Source: Phoronis australis
Lineage: Eukaryota; Animalia; Phoronida
Direction of reading: 5' to 3'
Assembly: GCA_002633005.1 (NCBI GenBank)
Contig: NMRA01000481.1
Location: 248,001 to 312,000 of the forward strand
Length of the DNA: 64,000 bases
Shown here: in pieces, positions 25,301 to 38,000 of the stretch
Numbering within the stretch: the stretch's first letter is position 1
Layout: every line of letters begins with the position of its first letter
Notes under the pieces: generated by a model
The model's input: only the letters and a program-made list of their open reading frames with translations
Told to the model about the DNA's origin: nothing
Databases searched by the model: none
Program-made: the position numbers and the translations under genes

Positions 25301-28300
25301 TTTATTCGTTATTACCGCAGAAAGTCTTGCAGCACTATAATCTTCTGACACAATATAATTTCTTTTACTTATTTACGACTCTTTCTATTGAGAGCATATC
25401 AGTCTCGCGTGATTGAATATCGTTACCGTGACCTCTACCGATAATTTGAGGAAGCTTCGCTCTGATTGTTCCCACTGCATCGAAGCTTCGCTTTTAAATC
25501 CTACTATTTTCGGCAAAGTTTTGCTTGCAGATTAACTACCAGAGTTAACCTTCCCTCTTACCAAAACTTCGGTAAAAGCGAAGTTTAACTTCTAATGGGA
25601 AAGCATCTAGTGAGTATGAATAGGGGATCACATATCAAATTCAACTCTCCTCTTTTGCAGGAGAAAAAAGCCGTAACCTTCGAAAATCCAACCAAGCACA
25701 GTGGTTCTGGGAACGATTAATCATACTATACCTAGCACATGTTAGAATTTTGGCCAGTACATGTGATCGGCATGTGGTGCAAACTAGCAAACACTGTCAA
25801 GTACCACCATATGTCAACAACTAAACTGTCTCCAATCTATGTTGAGTACCGTATTCACCCTAATAATTGCCCATGGCCCTAAGAAAAATTTGTTTCAGGG
25901 GGGCACTTATTGTAACCCAAGGCGGTTAAAACCCGGTCTCCGAAAAGGGTGAAATCGGAAGCTAAGATTCATCATATTTACGCTCTGTGACGTATCTGCA
26001 ACCTAATAAAGACTTTCTACAAAATCGTGGTGCATTGCTATCATACTTTGCTAAATTACGGTCATTTTACAGAAAATTGTGCTGAAATCCCAGGGCGAAA
26101 ACTCGCCAACTGACTGCCTTGCAATCGTCGATATGGTGACTTGAATGCTTAAATAAAAATACAGATTCGACTCAAGGAAATTACCTGAAATCCTCCCTAA
26201 GATTACATCCCTACGATTTTTAAGTTCCCGTAGAGTTGGGATTAACGACAGGTTTAAGTACAAATCTGTGCTACATCATGCCAACTATGACTGGCAACAC
26301 AAGAAAAATCTCTGAACGAACACAGTCACATGTTGTTGCCATGTGACATTTGTTTTGAAGTTCGTCTGCGTTTGTGAGTAAGTGAGCACGTGTGTGTCAC
26401 TAGAGTTCATTAGCCGGAGCAAAGACCGTCTTTTGGCCACAGCAAATGCAATCGAACGAGCTAGATGTGCATTCTATCTAAAGAAATTTGCACAAGCAGT
26501 AGGCCTAAACCAAAGCGTGTTTCATTCAGCACTTGTCGGTCTCATGTGCTTAACGTTCGACATATGTCTCGGTAAGGCCATATTAGTTGTTGTGTGGCTG
26601 GATGCGAACGTGACTATCTGACAATTATTTTTCGGTGTAAGGTTGTGTAAGCATTCACTGTCAGTGGTCATTTTATCGGATCTCTGGCTTAATAACACCA
26701 GTTCTGATTCATCAAACAATCCCTCTCAAAAATAATGCAAACATTTTTTTATGAAACTGTCGGAAATTAGTGCCAATATTAATTTCTTGCTGATGCTATG
26801 CCACCCGTTTCATGAACGGATAGTTCCCAGCTAATGTCTTTGATGACAGGTACATGTATATAGCGCGCACTTCCTGGCCATATGCTTTTAACACTAGCCA
26901 AGCTTTTTATTAGCCTTCAATTCGCGGTTTTCATGTGTACAAAGAACTTTAAATTCCTGTTGAAAGCAGGAAATATCTACAATACAATCCCGTTGACAAA
27001 TACGCTACGTCTGTTCTGAAAGGCCACACATTCCTCGCAAGATCAGCAAAACTTTTGTGTTCATTTTGAGGCACGGTGGAAGTTTGAGGTGTATAGTCAC
27101 GGCTAAATACCGACATAGCGGCGAGGCTCGTGGTCTACAAAGTCTGCGCACCATGATTTTTTCAGGACTGTCCGATGTTATTGATAAATTGAAGACGTTA
27201 CTGTAGAATTTTAGGTCTGTAGGTAAGGTATTTCTCGCATGTACACGTTCATGGGCTGGGCGCTTATTTTAAGCAAAGTCTGAAAACGCTTGGGGGGGGC
27301 GCTTATAGGGGCAAATACGGTAATCTTCTTTTAGTTCTATTAGTGTTGACCTGGAGTGATGATGAAAAGCAGATCTGAAGTTATGTACATGCACACGAAA
27401 AATCAGTACCAGTAAAGTAATGGCACCACCCGGTACTCAATCCCATGCCCTCAGCACAACAATTTAATATTGGATGTGGCCACAGAGCACCTGGCAGCAC
27501 ACAAATTACCGCAACTGGCGCCACCTGGCATTTATTCTAAAAATACTTCCATTGAACTGTATTGTCCCTCAGCCTTCTCCCATGCGCCTTTCCAAAGCTC
27601 TATTTACACAAGGTTCACTTGACACGGGGACGGTGACACAGAACAGCTGATTGGACGTCAATATGTAAACACGACTGGCACGGAGCAAACTGACAGTGCG
27701 GCGGTCATTTCAGTCACTGATTTCAGAGATAGAGCAAGTTGCATTTGATGAGTTGCTCCGGTATCATCCACCCGACTGCGTCTAACCACAAACTGGAGCA
27801 AGGCATAAGTGATCATCTTTCATTGCCCTTGTGCAATACCGTACATGTATACAGGCGATCACACTGTTTGGGACGTCTCCCATTGTCAATATGAACAAGT
27901 GCACTGTCCTTAAATGGCTGACTTCTGTGCTGATCTTATTTGCATTAATATAGGGGGAGGGGGGGGGGAAGGACTGAAGTAGAACAACTCATGCCGTGGC
28001 AATTGTTCTTTGAGTTAAAACGACTCAAAACATATGATCCCTTTAAAATCAGCAATAAGCTCTTGGTATCAGCGGAAACTCAAACTTGCCTCCCCCTGCA
28101 CAAGAGTTTAATACCGAGCTAGAGAACAAATGTTTTCAGACCGGTTATTAAGACAGACCTTGATATCACTGTACTGCATGTCCTGAATAATCCCACAATC
28201 AATACTCCCTCATGCCACCCGGGTAATCCTGCATTCTAGCCGTTTAAATTATCTGGACATCAAACATTTCTGCCTCAATTATTCTCAACAGCTTTGAAAG

Positions 28301-28978
28301 ACTTTTCTCAATAGAAAGACATCACTAAAATAAAAATGTATCGTTTTGAACGTATTTGTGTTTTTTACTGGTTATTCATAAAACTGAAATTCAATACCAT
28401 TCAACAGTGGCGACCATTTTGTTGGAACATCGGATATTATTTCAAAAATTACATGCTTAATTCTGGTTATTTTGAAAACATTTGATTGCGTGTTGATAGA
28501 GAGCATCATTAGGGAATAAGTTCAAACTATAAAAATGTACTGTTTGCAAATCAAGATAGGATTAATAAGTGAAAATGCACCACAAATACCTGATAGATTA
28601 ATTGCTTACTAGGTCTTTTAAAACTATACTTATACAGTGTTGCAATGTCGCTGAAAGACTGAAAACGATTGAGAGTTATCTCTGAAGAACCAAGAACCGA
28701 CACACTGAGCTGAGGGCACCTCGAAGCCATTTCTTTCAGTGGAAAAGAAAATTCATTGGTAAAACATCAACAAACAACCGTTCCTTACGACGCTGTATTC
28801 CATACATGCTCACCTGCCTCAGGTAGAAGCAGAGGAACAGGACGCATCTACGCGTGATCGAACAATTCCGACTCCGGTATGCTTACTCCTGCATTACGAG
28901 CGCGTGTTCAGATGTGAGTGGGAACTTCTTTTCATGACAAAAATCTGGATTTACCACTTACCCCATGAACCAGTCCAT
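15977..28978 (-). CDS. MOB2: MOB kinase activator 2 (NDR/STK38 regulator), complete, 251 aa, 5 coding exons
   Basis: complement(join(28962..28978,20546..20718,17871..17967,16719..16843,15977..16320)) = 756 nt, all GT-AG, phases 2,1,2,1. Translation: MDWFMGKGRRKDKE...LPPELDRNEWLATHTLSFFNHVNLLYGAISDYCT...QYLWFDEKGKKCKCAAPQYTDYVM...VFPTKFANPFPSSFEVLVKKIFRLLFHVLAHLYASHF...LHGHLNTLFIHF. The MDWxMG start and LHGHLNTL are MOB2 hallmarks. Confidence 0.96.
16719..16843 (-). CDS. MOB2: MOB2 coding exon 4
   Basis: tttcag|A CAA TAT...TTT G|gtgagt; within ORF 16618..16854. Confidence 0.95.
17068..17230 (-). repeat. 163-bp dispersed repeat (possible SINE fragment), copy 1
   Basis: High identity to 18334-18496, same orientation. 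Confidence 0.75.
17510..17736. repeat. Degenerate 41-bp minisatellite, about 5.5 copies
   Basis: CTCAACA recurs at 17544, 17585, 17626, 17667, 17708. Confidence 0.85.
17871..17967 (-). CDS. MOB2: MOB2 coding exon 3
   Basis: tttcag|CG CTG TCT TTC...AAC AC|gtacgt; encodes TLSFFNHVNLLYGAISDYCTTTSCSSMAGPGN. Confidence 0.95.
18334..18496 (-). repeat. 163-bp dispersed repeat (possible SINE fragment), copy 2
   Basis: taagtgcaatca...acaaaatggccgccac shared with 17068-17230. Confidence 0.75.
19145..19476. mobile_element. Palindromic MITE with a 61-bp-arm internal inverted repeat
   Basis: Arms 19175-19235 and 19261-19321 are near reverse complements; right end TAGATAATCAGGCCC. Confidence 0.65.
20101..20530. 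repeat. 48-bp minisatellite, about 9 copies, in MOB2 intron 2
   Basis: Unit ATCCGATCAGCCATTTCTGAGGTACGACATTTTCCTATGGTAATACAA at 20101, 20149, 20197, 20245, 20293, 20341, 20389 onward. Confidence 0.95.
20546..20718 (-). CDS. MOB2: MOB2 coding exon 2
   Basis: ttacag|G AAG GGC...CAT A|gtaagt; within ORF 20490..20774. Confidence 0.95.
22678..24075 (+). mobile_element. Non-autonomous Tc1/mariner-type DNA transposon, 1.4 kb, copy 1
   Basis: TA|CCATATTCGCCGTAATAACCGCCCA ... TGGGCGGTTATTACGGTGAATATGG|TA: terminal inverted repeats with a TA target duplication; no transposase ORF. Confidence 0.85.
25849..27320 (-). mobile_element. Same Tc1/mariner-type family, copy 2, inverted
   Basis: TA|CCGTATT...AATACGG|TA; internal sequence is the diverged reverse complement of 22678-24075. 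Confidence 0.85.
28962..28978 (-). CDS. MOB2: MOB2 coding exon 1 (MDWFMG)
   Basis: ccATGGACTGGTTCATGGG|gtaagt on minus; matches vertebrate MDWLMG. Confidence 0.9.
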
Positions 28979-31895
28979 GGTGTCGCGGAGATATTCTGGT
29001 AACCTGTCCAGTTTGGCAGTCAACTGATGCACTGAACAGACGAAAACACAACGCAATGATCACATTAAATTATCCTAAACCGCACAAAATAAACCTAAAA
29101 ACAGTCGATATTTTTACATTTTTTATCTGGCAGCAGATGCACTTCCGGTCACAGTTTATCTGAAAATTGCATTATATCGACCAATTTTCACATTCAAAGA
29201 TTACAAAAATTATTCAATTCCTGCGTTGGGTGCAGTTTTTGATAAAAAAATACCTAATCAAGTACTTGTTGTTTATTATATTTTGCAATTTGTCGAATGT
29301 ATGTTATTACCTTAAAAGGATATGACATCATATCGTGGGAATCACTTGAACAATGTAGAGTGGTTATTTTTGTCTGCAGGGTGGTTCTAAAATGTTTAAT
29401 AGAAAATCAAGGAAACATGAAATATATTAGATGGTAAGTGTTGGTTATATCTTCGAACTGATTTTGATGCGAATCAAAACTATTTCATTCAATGCTGATT
29501 TTTTTTCGGAAACGAATTTCTCTTTTCACTTGTGGTCGATCATGGGTCATTGACTCGTCGTTGATAATTTCCCTTTCAGCCTCTCGTTCAATATGCGTGG
29601 TGGTGCGGGACGGCTTATTCACTTAATTTGTAAGCAGTTGATATGGATACCGGCTGGACGCTGACATAAAATTTACCATTGGGCAAATGCATCGGGCCCT
29701 TTCATTAACTTGTATTTGAAAAGGCCCGGACATGAACCAAATATTAACTCCTGTGACCCATGGACATGGTCATGTTGTGTCTCTACAGTCTACTCTAGTG
29801 AATCTTGCCCCTTGGCCTTGGATTGGTGCAAAGCTGTACAAATGCACAGCTTTGGAACGAGTTGGGCAAAAAGTGAGCGAAACAAAATCTTACACAAATT
29901 TACTGTTACTAAACTGCTGGAAACTAAACACTCTTCCTTGAGTAGGCTAATTTGGTTTCCAGGTCAAAAAAGAATGCCTTCAGTCCATTATTCCGCAAAA
30001 GAATGCCTTCAGTCCATTATTTCGCAGTTAACTTTGTGGATAGATGATATGCATCAGCTTTGAGCACCATGAAATAGAACGCCATTTGTTGACGAATCTG
30101 TGTTTTGCCGATCTTTAAATCTAGTCGGTTGTTTTTTTCTCAAGATTGTGCGCAGTTCACAGTACATTAATTATCAGAAGTCGTTCAGTTCGTTGGTAGC
30201 TGTCATTATCTCCAAAAAGATGTTACTTTACAAACTGAAAACCGAGTAAATGGCACGTCAGCACTTGATTTGGTGACCTGCAGGTCACCAATGTGATCTC
30301 AAATTGTGTTTTGTGACCTGGGAAAACTTCCCATGAAGTCACCATGATGTACTGCGATTATCAAAGTCAGACAATAATTCCTTCTAAAGTTTCAAAGTTC
30401 ATTGTTGACTTCCTAACTTTAAAATACTAACAGTTTTCCTAAATGTATTACCTTTCATTCACAATTGTTTGTTTATTTCATGAAATCAGTGCATTTGCCA
30501 CCACATATAAATTACAACCGGAAGTTAACAGACAGAAAAAATCGTGCAATATCGGCGAAATTCATGCCAGCAGCCCATGTGTTCTATGTTCGTTTGTCAG
30601 GGGGTGGAATGGAGTTACTGAGTTTGAGAATGAATGCATGCCTACATTTTAAAGATACTAATGGGGCAAACTGAAGGAGGGTAAGAGAATGGATGTTTTT
30701 TTTGGTCGACCTCAAATTTCGTTTGGTGTACTGGGATTTTTGTCAGGTCGCCAACTGCGACTTGGCATTTCGCTAAGCGTGCATGTCAGGAGTGTGCTGT
30801 TTTGAAATCAACATTTCATTTTTCTTTGTTACAAAAGCTGGAAAGTGATGTAAGAAAATTTTATTTTTTTAAATGACCGTAAACAGACAAGGTAGGTACA
30901 TGTGTATCATTTGAATGTAAGAGTTGCAAAAACCTATGCACGCTTTGAGTTGCTAGATTTGGTTGTAAGATTTGTTGCGAGAGGGCTGCAAATAGAGTTG
31001 TGGTCAACTGAAAAAGCTCGCTTCGCTTAAACGATTGAGTGTTCATGTACATCGTGTGTTTTGTGGTGCAGTAATATATGGAGAGCTAGATGGCTTTAAA
31101 CATACTGAGTCTGAGGACTGAGGCAACATTAAAAGATCAGATTTTTACTCAGTTAAAATTTCAATGATCGACTCGAGTCAACATAAAAATCTTAGATGCT
31201 GAAATCTAGTCACTAAAGAATTTGGCGTAAACTTTTTGATAAAAAGCGAATGTGTCTTTAAATGTTCCTGTCTCTAGTTTACTGAAGTGTCATGGAATTG
31301 CTGTATACCTATTGGACTTTCATTAGTTGCCAACATTCGAGAATAAAAATAGAGTGGGATTCATGGATTGAAAAAGCACGGTCTGTGAGGAAACACACTG
31401 GTTCTGTCTCCATTGTAACTCTTGAAAATGTCCCAACAGCGTTTTAAGTCTTTCACAAAATGAATGGAAGTCAATTTCATTGTGCGTCAAAAAGCGGGAG
31501 ATTTTGATAATGTGGCAGGATTAGAAAACCTTCAAAATGCAATATAGCATGCCAAAAGCAAGTGCGAAATTTCTGAAAACTTTCCGTGCTAGAAAAATTA
31601 ATATTTCGTCAATTTGTATTTCTCTGATGGAATGGGTAACTTCTGTTCTTTCTCTGATAGCAAAGGTCCAATTTGAATCACGTGATCAAGTTCTCCGCAA
31701 GACTGCAAAAATGCAACCTTTCAGAAAACGCGGGAAGTTGACCTAAGCAGAGTTATGCATGATTTCAAAATATGGCTATTTTAGTATTTACGAAAAATAA
31801 CATATCTTGACGAGGATGCCGAGAATGAAAACTCATTTTTCTAGATAGTGTGTGGGCGTTGGGAAAATCTTCAATGACATTTGTTTGACTTTCAG
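28979..31895. promoter_or_regulatory. Divergent MOB2/LNX promoter region with ETS-type CCGGAAGT motifs and candidate LNX 5' UTR exons
   Basis: Start codons face away from each other about 2.9 kb apart. ACTTCCGGT at 29141-29149 and ACCGGAAGT at 30517-30525. Plus-strand donors at 29434 (ATG|gtaagt, acceptor at 29379) and 30681 (AGG|gtaaga). The LNX ATG directly follows an acceptor AG, so an upstream exon is expected. Confidence 0.55.
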
Positions 31896-32086
31896 ATGAC
31901 GTTGAATCGTTCAAACAGTTTCGAACGACAAGACAGTTTACGACTGTTAAAAAAAGGAGTATGCCGCAAATGCGGCCAGTTGCACCAGGCCTCTCAGAGC
32001 CACCTGTATGACTATCAGCAAACTGTTGACGATGACCTGGTGTGTGCGATATGTGTACAGCCACTCGTGGAACCAATAGATACCAG
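31896..32086 (+). CDS. LNX2: LNX exon: start, N-terminal Zn finger, first half of RING
   Basis: tttcag|ATG ACG TTG...ACC AG|gtgtgt; ORF 31881..32108. Confidence 0.92.
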
Positions 32087-35000
32087 GTGTGTATGTGTAC
32101 ATGTGTAAGTCGGCGTTTTTGTGGGTACTCCTTGAAGTTCCTTGCAACGCTAATATGAAACTTCCGATATACAATTCTGTAACCTTGTGAGAGCAGAAAA
32201 GCGTCTTCCACTTGGCTCAATTTCTGTGACACGGACGAAGCATGTAATGATTTCTTTGTGAGTATCTCACTGCTCGATAATGAAAATTCGGTGGTGTAAT
32301 GATCAAGAAAAATTTATTTAGTAAACGTTTAGAAATCTCACCGCGTTAAATGTGGATCCAAGTATGCAAAATGCTGTCTACCAACTACTCTATCACCATC
32401 TAGTAGCATTTGTTTCCTCTGTTCTGCAAAATGGCTATGTGGTCAAGCAGAAGTAAATATAATCAAGTTGGATTAAATCAAGTTAGCAGTGTTTAATTAT
32501 CTTGTTGAGGCAATCAAATCACTGAACCCTAAAAAGTTGCTGAGAAAAGTAGGCGCTTATATAACTGTCATTTTTCAAGTTTTAATGGGATTTTTGATGC
32601 TTTGAAAAGGTCTTATTTTGTATTAAGACTTTTGCATTTGCCCAGGGTCTGGTAGAAAGTATGGTAGCGTTGTCGGCACGACACACTATCCTTGGAGTGA
32701 CATGTTGCTTTAACAGGCACCACATGACTAATTTTTAAACAGCGATAAAAAATTCCAAATGTTCACCATGTCCAGTCCTATCTCGTCAAGTCAGGGGTCG
32801 TTTTCTGTTAGGTGCGGACATACTTTCTGTACACGTTGTATCAAGAATCATCTCAAGATCCAACAGACTTGCCCTGTGGATGGATACCTGCTGACCCCAG
32901 CTGACCTCCAGAGTTCAAGGGTCATCATTCAGAGGTAAGGGAATTGAGCAAAGCATTGCCATGGTATTTCCTGCTGTGGGGTAGTATCAACACTTATGAA
33001 GAGCGTCAAAACATTTTATCTCTGTTGAATAATGGGATAACATGAATCGAAAAGTGACTCTCCCGCAACTTGAGCTTTGCATCACAAATTGCTTTTGGAT
33101 CGTTCACAGACTGTTTGCTTATTTATCAAAACTATGATCAGCAATTACTTAAGTAAAACTGAAGGGCATTTGATCGGAAAATCTACTTGACTACAAACGA
33201 GGACAGAATTCCCAAGAGCAAGATGTTTTGGACTTGTTTGAATTTCGCAAAATGTGTTGTTCGAACTGTTGATACCATCCAATTGTTAGGAATTATCACG
33301 GGCGTGGTGATTCCCGTGATGTCTAATGCATTTAGTGAATGTGATGTGGATGGGATGCTCAAGATCTGGGCTATTGCTTGGTCGGTCATTGCTAGACATA
33401 ACATGTTGTCTGCAGAAAAAGCTTCCTGTTGTACGTTAGTGTGGTCATACCTGAATGCTATGAAATGTTAGGAAGTGTGTTGACTGACTGAACAGACCAG
33501 CGCTTGGGTTTGTGTTGAGCATATGAGGTGAAGTGTGAATGCCGGTGCTTACGCCTGAACTGCTAGTCTGTGAGGTACGTAGTCTGATGTCCCCAACAGA
33601 TGCTTAATTGTGTTTAGGAGAAACTTTATTTTGTTTTTCTCAAATTGCCTGGTTGCTCTCCCTGTTGTTTATCTTCCATCATTTGTCTGATATCTTCACC
33701 AGCCTTCTGCTTGATGTTCTGGTCTAGTAATGATGCTGTTAGACGGCTTAGGCAACTTCATCAGCAAAGTTCGAACTCTGTAGTGAGGACAATTGTTGGC
33801 CAAACTTCATATTGAAACTCTTTCTAGCTGACTTTTTACGTTGCTGATTCTGTGACTGGCACTGAAAATGACTTTTGATTCTATATGTCTGTTTTGATAC
33901 GGAAAATTCATGAATTTGAAGTGATGGTTATCACGTCACATAGGGGGGTCAAAAAGGTATGGACCCCCTTTTTCCCTTGATTTTAGTGATATAAAATCTA
34001 GAATTGACTGAAGACCCCTTTTAAAAAAAATCCTTTTTTCTGACCCCCTTTAAAAAGTCCTAGATCCGTCCCTGCGTCATGGATGTTTTGAACCACATTT
34101 TTTATTGTGTGGCTTCAAACAATTTGATCAGAAACTTGCTAATCATATTCTGTTATATTGTGTGTCATTTAAGGACTTCCTCAATTCATACCAATGTTAA
34201 TAGATTTTTGTAAACGATGAAGATTTCACTTGTTATTTCTGAAGTTAATTCATTTAACTTTTTTAAAAAATCCAATCTGATTTCATCTTGCGGTCATGCC
34301 CTACCCTTTCATTGTCATCTGTCTCGTGAGTATTATTCGTGGTAATTTCTCTGATAAAACAAAGCCACAGTCCAACGCGGTTTAATTAACAGTATTAACT
34401 TCATTCCTCAACTCATCCACAAGGTTATGTTTGTTCCAGTTCAGAAAGGCATGCTTATACTTTTGTTCATTCTAAAGTCTAGTCATCTAATTTAAACCAA
34501 GCATTGACATCAAGCCCAATTTTTTTCAAATATCTGTTGGAGGATGATGCGTGGGAAAAGACAGATCCTTGTTTTTGCCACGGAGTACCAAACCCCTCTG
34601 GGCAGATATTGACTGGCGTTGATTTTGAAACAAGTATGCTGGAATAACTTCATAATTAAGGCAATATCTAAAAACCTTTTACTTGAGGCTCTAGGTGGTC
34701 ACAATTTCTGGAGGTATTCCCTTGATCAAAGCATTCTGTTACTTATCAGTTGTATCCAAAATGGTATTGGATTGTCAGACTTATTCTAGACTTTTGACTG
34801 TCGAGGAGACTTACGGAGCACGGTAAATTCTCAATAATTTTGAATGAAAATAATTGCCAAAATTAACTCTTTTCATTTTTGAAATGTTTCAAACATAGTT
34901 CAGTGGTCACAATTTATCAAATCATCGTCCAATAGTAGCAGTGGTATGTAAAGTTTAAGGTGACAAGCAATTGATTTCGTGCTACTTGTTTTTTATGAAA

Positions 35001-38000
35001 AACATGAAAAAAAATATTAAATTTTCTTATCGGCCATATTAGTTCTAAGATCATGAGACTTTACCTTCATAGGAATCATAAAATCTTTTAGTTACGTAGT
35101 TGAAATTAGATTCTATACCTCTACAAATGATAGTTTACTAAATATAAAAATATAAGTTCCTTTTTTTATTTGATTTTCATGTGATAATGCATGACTTTTG
35201 TCTCCTTGCGTAAATTACACTTTTATTAATGTCCTTGGCTAAAGCATCGAATGGAATAAATGATAAAGTGATCGTCACTGTAAATAATAACTCTTTAGGG
35301 AAATGAATTAGGTGCACCTAGCAGGTCTGGCTAATTCTGTCCTGAAGCTTAATCGGTGGAAAACCACATTGAATATCACCTGAGCACTGGCTAATCGCAG
35401 GTATGATGTTACCTGGAGCATCACTTTGCTATCCTCTGTTCAAACATTAAAAATCAATAGAAATGCTTTTGGTGATGTAATTTCGTCGGTTGGAGGCTAA
35501 TGGCTTCAACTGACATTGAATCGCGTCACATCCTTAGCATATGTTATGGAGAGGGGGGGGAGGGAGTAAACAATGTTCTTCAGAGATCTGAATTTGTTCT
35601 GTCAAATCATCTTTATTGAATTCTTAACATGTGTTTGAATTAAAATTTGTTACAATTGACTGTCTTGATAGCCATACACACTCCTTCAGCCAGTGAAACT
35701 TACCTGCTGTGAAAGGCGATCACTCAACGAATCTGCACTCGCGTGTAGAGGTTTAGAAAGTCACCAATTATTTTTCATTGTTTTGGAATAGTGATTCTTC
35801 TTTTCCATAAAAACAATTTTCAAAATTTTCATTGCAAGGGCAGACTACATTGCTTCAACCAATTAGTGTTTCGTAACGAATGCTATTAATAAAAGTTTTT
35901 AAATGTGCATTTTTTATGAGAATTTTGCTAAAAGAAAATTCTACTCTTCAGCCATATTGTCTGCTACATAGGTGAACAGTTACGCTACCAGCTATCTCGT
36001 CTTTGTCAACAGGTAGTGAAATAGTGTGTCTAAACGCTATTGATTATTTAACGCTACCCGATGACTTGAAGTCTGTTCCCTCGATCACCTCTCTATTGTC
36101 TTTGCACATGCCAGGAAGGCATTGGTATTGAGATTCACTGTTTACATATCTTCACATTGTTTTTGAAGTGTGTTGATATTAGCTGTGGCTCGGTCAATAG
36201 TGGTCAATACAGTTGACCGCATTATTATGACTTGGTGGTAAAGACAGATTGATTAGTGTTGCTAATTAGACGTTGTCACAAAGTGAATCGAGTGCTGTGG
36301 CTGGTTAGAGTTTTTTGCTCTTGCCACGAGGCGGTGTTGTGTCACAAATGCGTGATATCATATGGATGAATATGGAACATTACGTCACAAATGCGATGTG
36401 TTCCAGAAATTTAAAAACTATAATTTGGATACTCTTCTATTTAGTGTCTGATATGAGGGAATGTGGCGTTATGTTTTGTCAAATCTCTAAAGAAAATTGA
36501 GCATTGAGAAATGCTTGATTTGTCAGTAACATGGTTTTAACTGTTCAGCTTTCATAATTTTAGGTGAAATTTTGAACATTGTAAGAAGTTAACCAGTCTT
36601 CCATTGTGTCAAAATGAAGGAGTTGTCCGCAATACATTACCAACACATTTCTTGTCATTTTGGAAGAATGTTATTGTCAAGTTGATATTTTTTTCATTTT
36701 AAAAGTCTTTTGTAGTTGCCCGCAATTTCTCAAAACATTGGTGATAGCTGTGGTATAGAACGTAAAAATGGAGTAAATCATTTAAACTTACAAAAAATGA
36801 GAAAACTAACCTTCAGCTATCCAACATATTGTTTCCTAAGTTTGTGAGATTTCACTGTTGTCATAGAGATGTGACAACTATGGTAAACTCTCATCAGTTT
36901 AGGACACAATATGGCCGACAAGTGATGTTGTGTTATTTCAATTTTTTCCTTGAGGGATAAGAAGTACCACATAAATACTGTTTAAGCTCATAGCTATCGT
37001 CAGACCAAGTTTCAAGAAATAATGAACAGTGTTGGCAACAATACAAGAAGCCTTTAAAAAGGAAAGACTAGCAGTTTAACAACAACTACCTGTCTGAGTT
37101 AGTTTGGTGTCGGCACTCAGCATTGAATCAATCTTAATTTGGAGGTATTCTGGATACGAAAAAATATGGCTCAAAGCATCCATGATACTGTCTTAGGGAC
37201 TTCAGGAACTATAGGCCTAGAGTGAAAAAGTAAAAATAAACGCCTTGATTCGTTAGCCAACTCTTGTGTTTGAATGACATCAGGACGTGTATGGAGAAAT
37301 TATATACCAGGTGTATGTAGTCTAGTGAACCAGCTCTTGCGATTGTCTCAAGAGTTTTGTCTGTCCTGAGTTGGTGGCCTGGCTTTAACTTGTTATGGGC
37401 AGTACACCTAACGAATAAGTTAGTGGTTCAGATGGTGATCAGTTATTCATTCACCTGAATACTGTCGTTAGGCCTTGCTAAAATGTTGTCCAGCATCGCT
37501 CGCTGGGTACACTGACATCTGTTGTTGCGATCATAGAGTGAATGCAACTGCTCTTCAATAATTAGTGAGCTCATTAATTATTCTAGTATTGACCTGCCTG
37601 CTAATAGCTATTAGGATCTCTTGTGACAAGCGTGACATGTACTGAGTTGGAAAGTTAAGTGAACGAACATAAAAAAACCGCCAAGAAAGAACACAATTGA
37701 ATGTTTCACAATTAAAGAGAAGTTACGCAATGGATTAGGTATGGAAGTCTGTAGTACACTTTTAAGCTCTTTTCATGTAAAGAAATTGTATTGATGTTGG
37801 GTTGTCATAATAATTGCAATTTGATAAAAGTTTGAAGTTCCAATTTTGTGGTTCTGGTTGTGATCTAAGAAATCACTTGCAAGCTGTAAACAACTCGTGC
37901 AGTTATTGAAAATTGGTTTTAAGATAACACAAATGCATTTAGGATTGAATTTCACAATATCGCTTTAAACTTTTCATATTTTGGCTGAAGGAACTCTGAT

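Noticed and set aside
23611-26719. ORFs inside the 1.4-kb transposon copies as a possible transposase
   Set aside because: Short, not conserved in frame between copies, and no DDE or HTH motif.
28814-28894. Alternative MOB2 first exons (CAG|gtgagc donor near 28813; ATG CAG GA|gtaagc at 28887-28894)
   Set aside because: The first has no phase-2 ATG frame; the second is only 8 nt and lies next to the conserved MDWFMG exon, so it is too weak to call.
29968-30025. 29-bp tandem duplication; also short repeats at ~4459-4510 (16 bp x3) and ~59277-59365
   Set aside because: Ordinary slippage duplications with no functional cue.
31765-32232. 155-aa minus-strand ORF
   Set aside because: Antisense shadow of the first LNX coding exon.
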